DNA of 64,000 nt from Bacteroidia bacterium (GTDB lineage Bacteria; Bacteroidota; Bacteroidia; 2-12-FULL-35-15). Position 1 is the stretch's first letter. The number at the start of each line of letters is the position of its first letter. The stretch is from assembly GCA_036399275.1 (NCBI GenBank), contig DASWNK010000015.1:7963-71962 (forward strand). Reading direction: 5' to 3'. The notes beneath the pieces are model-generated. The model worked only from the letters and a program-made list of their open reading frames with translations. It was not told the DNA's origin and did not search any database. The position numbers and the translations under genes are program-made. Of the stretch, positions 59,883 to 64,000 are shown piece after piece.

Positions 59883-62104
59883 GGTTTCAGGCCGATAATG
59901 CAAACATCATCAACCTGCGACAGGTTTCCTTTCCAGCTTTCAAAGGAAGCATTCAATTCTTCTTTTTGTTCCTGGATTGTTTTATCCTGAATGGAAATTA
60001 TTAACTCTTTTAATTTACTGTATTTGAATTTTTTTTCCTTTTCGCCGCCAAACTGATCAGCATATCCATCGGTGAACAAATAGATGCTTTCTTCTTTTTT
60101 CAGCAGGAGCGTATGATTTGTGAAAGGCTTTTGATCATGGTAGAATCCAATGGGTTGTTTGTCGGGCTTTATCTCAGTCAATTCTTTTGAAAAGCGGTTT
60201 ACGATCCAGAGTGGATTATTTGCACCGGCCCATTGAAGCTCTTTGGTAGCAAGGTTCAGGCGGATCAATGAAATGTCCATTCCATCCTTGCTTTCACCAT
60301 CTTCACCTTTCTGGCTCAGCTCCTTGATTATTTTTTCTCTTAGCCGTTCCAATATTTCGGCCGGACTAATCAATTCTTCTTTCGCAGTTATTTCATTTAG
60401 AAAGGAGATCCCCAGCATGCTCATGAATGCGCCGGGAACGCCATGGCCTGTGCAATCAACGGCCGCAAGAAACAAACAGCCCTGTTTTTCGATATGCCAG
60501 TAGAAGTCTCCGCTGACAATATCCTTGGGCTTAAAAAGAATAAAATGATTGAGCGGAAAGGCAGAGGCATGTTGTTCTTCTTTTAACAAAGCGTCTTGTA
60601 TTCGCTTGGCATAATTAATACTGTCCAGAATATCTTTGTTCTTTTCCTCTACAATTGATTTTTGTACCGCAATTACTTCATGGGCCTTTCTTTTATTTCG
60701 ATAACTGCGATAGCTAACGGCAGCTAATGCGAGCATAAAAAGGAATGCCGCCACAAAGGCATTGCGTTGTAGCGTCTGTTTCTTGAGTTCCTCGTTGGCA
60801 AGTACATTCTTTTTTTCCTGCTCCAGCTTAGTGGCCTGCTCTTTTTTTTCAAACTCAAAGTTCATTTCAGTTTGCACCGCTTTTTTACTTGCTTCCTCAT
60901 TAAAAATCTTGTCCTTTACTTCCGTAAATAATTTATGATATTCATAGGCTTCTTTAAAATTGCCCATCGCCGAATCGGCTTTGAATAGCCCTTCATAAGC
61001 GTTTTTGATATCCGGTAGGGCGGCAATTTCTGTGGCGATCGCCAGGCTTTTCTGCTGGTAGCGTTTTGCTTCGGCAGGTTTTTTTTCTTTCAGGCATAAG
61101 CTTCCGATATTGCTGTAATTCATAGCCACCCCCTGCTTATCGCCCATTTCTTCATAAAGGGCAAGCGACTTTGAAAAGAATTCGAGGGCTTCGGGATATT
61201 CATTTTTTGAGAAATGAATGCTTGCAATATTATTGTAGGAGCCTGCCATCTCCGCTTTATTTCCGGTTCTTTCCTGAATTGCCAAGGCCATCAGATAATA
61301 CTCCAGCGCTTTCGACATGTCATTTTTGTAGTAATACGTGTTGCCGATGCTGAGATATGAATCAGCCATTCCATGCATATTTTTTTCCGTTTCATAAATC
61401 GCCAGTGATTTCAGTTGAACTCCCAAGGCTTTGTCATAATCACCATTGTTCTGATGAATAATCCCGAGATTACTGTAGGAAGCAGCTATTCCCGCTTTGT
61501 TTCCCAAGCCTTCCTGAATCTTCAGCGATTTTAAGTGGAATTCCAACGCTTTTGCGTAGTCGCCTTTGTTTTCATAAATGATACCAATATTATTGTACGA
61601 GTCAGCCATTCCCTGCCTATTCCCCATTTCATCATCCATTTTTACAGATTTGAAATGAAATTCAAGGGCTTTCGCATATTCACCTGTTATCTGGTGAATA
61701 ATGCCAATATTCCCATAGGAAGAAGCCATCCCCCGTTTATCATTCATTCTCGCATGAATTTGTAAAGTTTTTGAATAAAATTCTAAGGCTTTTTCTGTTT
61801 CACCTTTATAATAGAAAATAGTTCCGATAGCATTATACGCGTCGGCCTGTATGGAAGGATTTGAACCGGAAGAATTTACAATGAGAAGCGACTGATTAGC
61901 GTATTGCAACGCTTTGTCGTAGTCGCCGTTGTTTGAATACTCTTTGCAGAGATTGTTAAGAATGGTTACTTTAATGCTGTCTGTTTTGGTAGCCTTAAAA
62001 AGGTTCAATAAGGAGTCAACATTACTTTGTGCAAACGTACTTTCCGTCAACAGAAAAATGAGGCAACAAAGGAGGGTATTTTTAATGATCGTCTTTATTC
62101 TCAA
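59879..62104 (-). CDS. Periplasmic TPR sensor - TM - PP2C(SpoIIE) phosphatase
   Basis: Signal peptide, ~9 TPRs (ASSYGNIG, ADSYNNIG), TM RNAFVAAFLFMLALAAVSY, DSINYAKRIQ, SGDFY, DCTGHGVPGAFMS, TDGYADQFGG. Confidence 0.93.
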   Translation of the reverse strand: MRIKTIIKNTLLCCLIFLLTESTFAQSNVDSLLNLFKATKTDSIKVTILNNLCKEYSNNGDYDKALQYANQSLLIVNSSGSNPSIQADAYNAIGTIFYYKGETEKALEFYSKTLQIHARMNDKRGMASSYGNIGIIHQITGEYAKALEFHFKSVKMDDEMGNRQGMADSYNNIGIIYENKGDYAKALEFHLKSLKIQEGLGNKAGIAASYSNLGIIHQNNGDYDKALGVQLKSLAIYETEKNMHGMADSYLSIGNTYYYKNDMSKALEYYLMALAIQERTGNKAEMAGSYNNIASIHFSKNEYPEALEFFSKSLALYEEMGDKQGVAMNYSNIGSLCLKEKKPAEAKRYQQKSLAIATEIAALPDIKNAYEGLFKADSAMGNFKEAYEYHKLFTEVKDKIFNEEASKKAVQTEMNFEFEKKEQATKLEQEKKNVLANEELKKQTLQRNAFVAAFLFMLALAAVSYRSYRNKRKAHEVIAVQKSIVEEKNKDILDSINYAKRIQDALLKEEQHASAFPLNHFILFKPKDIVSGDFYWHIEKQGCLFLAAVDCTGHGVPGAFMSMLGISFLNEITAKEELISPAEILERLREKIIKELSQKGEDGESKDGMDISLIRLNLATKELQWAGANNPLWIVNRFSKELTEIKPDKQPIGFYHDQKPFTNHTLLLKKEESIYLFTDGYADQFGGEKEKKFKYSKLKELIISIQDKTIQEQKEELNASFESWKGNLSQVDDVCIIGLKP

Positions 62105-62265
62105 AAGTAGTTTAGATCTGCATTCATTATTATTTGCTAAATTAAGTTATTTTCTTCTGGCTTTTTGTAATCAAATGGTCGAATTCCTTAACTCCCAAGG
62201 GTTAAAAAAACTAAGCCCTTAAGGCATAGTTTTTTATCTTTGTGATTAATTCCTTAAATTGATAT

Positions 62266-62691
62266 ATGAAATCACTTTTCTTCTCAAACGGATATGCTCC
62301 ACGGAGTGTGGATGCGGCTATGTTGCTGCTTCGTCTTGTATTTGGCGGATTGATGGCTCCTCATGGCTATTTCAAGTTAATGACCTTTGCCGAGGGGAAA
62401 ACAGATTTTATTAATTTTATGGGTATGGGACCTTCCGCCTCCTTGACCCTCACTATTTTCGCAGAGCTGTTTTGTTCCCTGTTTTTAATGTTTGGCCTTT
62501 TTACACGCCTTTCGCTTATTCCTCTCCTTATAGCAACCTTTGTAATGGTTTCAGTGGCACATCACGGTGAGATAATGGGTGACGGTTTTCAGGCCTTTGC
62601 CTACATGGTAGTATACTTTGTAATATTTCTCTTGGGACCCGGGAAATACAGCCTCGATTATTACATTTCAAAAAAATATAATAAGGGCTGA
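62266..62691 (+). CDS. DoxX family membrane protein
   Basis: LLLRLVFG..HGYFKL, AELFCSLFLMFGLFTR, GPGKYSLD. Confidence 0.9.
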   Translation: MKSLFFSNGYAPRSVDAAMLLLRLVFGGLMAPHGYFKLMTFAEGKTDFINFMGMGPSASLTLTIFAELFCSLFLMFGLFTRLSLIPLLIATFVMVSVAHHGEIMGDGFQAFAYMVVYFVIFLLGPGKYSLDYYISKKYNKG

Positions 62692-62939
62692 TAAAAATTG
62701 CCGCTCCATTCCCTAAATTTTTTACTGTATTTCGAATAATCGTTTGTTCCCTCCATATTGCGGTTCGAGGAGCAGATAGACTATTCATTTCCTCCAGTTG
62801 AATTTCAGGCTCTCGACGTTGTCAGGCGGAAAATCTTTTTTATTTGGTGATAAGAAGATTTGTGTGTTGAATTTGCCGCAATATTATATCCAAAAGTTGG
62901 TATGAATTTATAGCTGCACTGAGGAAACAAAGTAATGAA

Positions 62940-64000
62940 ATGAAAAAATACCTTATTGTATTATTTCTTATCGCGATCTGCTGTAAGAATATGTCTGCTC
63001 AAAGTTTTGAATGGGCGAAACGCTGTGGATTATATGCCTTTGATCTTGGCTATGGAGTGGGGACGGACAATTCCGGCAATGTGTATATCGCCGGAAAATA
63101 CGAACGAAATGCTTATTTCGGTGGAAAGTATGTTAGCTGTGCTGGTAACCATGATATTTATATAGCGAAATACGGTCCGTCCGGAAGCTTTAAATGGGTG
63201 CGAACCGCCGGAGGTTCCATTGGAGATTATGCACATGCCATTGCTGTGGACGGGGACGGAAACTGTTACATAACGGGTGAATACGAGACAACCACCTATT
63301 TTGGCTCCATTGCTTTAAAAAGTAAAGGGAACAATGATGTGTTTGTCGCAAAATATGATACCAATGGAAAATTGATCTGGGTGAAGAACTTAGGGGGCGG
63401 AACAGCGAACGACCGCGGTCTAAGCATTACTCTTTCCGGCGGGAACGTATATGTTTCGGGACGCTTCCAGGGAGCAGCCTATCTTGGCGGAGTGGAGGTG
63501 GTAACTGCCGGGGGCACCGATATTTTTATTGCTAAATACACAACAGGTGGAAGTTTCCAATGGGTAAAAAGAGCCGGAGGCTCAGGAGACGACGAAGGTT
63601 ATGCGATCAGCAACGACCCTTCAGGGAACCTTTATATGACGGGTTACTTCAGCGGAACTGCAAAATTCGGCGGAGTTTCAGTAACCAGCAAGGGCGGCAC
63701 GGATGTGTTTATTGCTAAATATAACTCCTCCGGTAGTGTTATATGGGTTAAAAGAACCGGTGGTACAGGTGACGATGCGGGCAATGCAATTAAGGTAGAT
63801 AATTCTGGTAGAGTATTTATCACCGGTGGATTCAGGCATACTTCCACTTTCGGCTCTATTTCTATTTCTGCAGACGCTTTTGGTCATCCCGACATTTTTA
63901 TCGCACGTTACGATTCTGAGGGTAATGCCGTGTGGGCCAAAAAGGCCGGTGGCTCCAACAGTGATGCAGGAAGAGCAATAGCAGTGGATGGAAGCTCTAA
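62940..64000 (+). CDS. Secreted SBBP-repeat beta-propeller protein (3' truncated; likely T9SS cargo)
   Basis: Not in the ORF track (no stop in window). MKKYLIVLF...SAQSFEWAK, then repeated D.G.AIAVD..GN.YITG.F...DVFIAKY...G...WVK..GG; open to the window end. Confidence 0.9.
   Translation, partial: MKKYLIVLFLIAICCKNMSAQSFEWAKRCGLYAFDLGYGVGTDNSGNVYIAGKYERNAYFGGKYVSCAGNHDIYIAKYGPSGSFKWVRTAGGSIGDYAHAIAVDGDGNCYITGEYETTTYFGSIALKSKGNNDVFVAKYDTNGKLIWVKNLGGGTANDRGLSITLSGGNVYVSGRFQGAAYLGGVEVVTAGGTDIFIAKYTTGGSFQWVKRAGGSGDDEGYAISNDPSGNLYMTGYFSGTAKFGGVSVTSKGGTDVFIAKYNSSGSVIWVKRTGGTGDDAGNAIKVDNSGRVFITGGFRHTSTFGSISISADAFGHPDIFIARYDSEGNAVWAKKAGGSNSDAGRAIAVDGSS

Noticed and set aside
62700-62939. Possible structured 5' leader or riboswitch before the SBBP gene
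   Set aside because: Only weak short stems and no match to a riboswitch consensus I recognise.

Overview
Chromosomal window from a Bacteroidota bacterium. Support: gldH, several T9SS C-terminal-domain cargo proteins, and TAnnTTTG -7 promoter motifs. It very probably spans the replication origin. Four parS palindromes (2495-3717) lie next to mnmG/nadA, and a 620-bp AT-rich nadA-rpiB spacer with TTAT(T/C)AACA boxes marks the point where gene orientation flips from - to +. Housekeeping genes follow (rpiB, lutB-like, ybeY, pgk, holB-ricT-gldH-PBP1A, scoAB). Next is a cell-surface glycan locus (21.5-34.6 kb): GT2, three GT-C-type membrane proteins, a lectin-propeller/GH16/T9SS protein, a GH16-like lipoprotein and a hidden truncated algI/MBOAT remnant. 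After transport, hydrolase and T9SS cargo genes come tRNA-Cys, two frameshifted pseudogenes missed by the ORF track, and a soluble phosphorelay cluster. That cluster has a hybrid kinase with ~15 tandem 21-aa coiled-coil repeats, an Hpt protein, and three paralogous receivers, one membrane-tailed and one fused to a PP2C/SpoIIE phosphatase carrying the same repeat. No CRISPR array, rRNA, integrase or transposase was found. All family assignments are from motif recognition by eye, without database searches.
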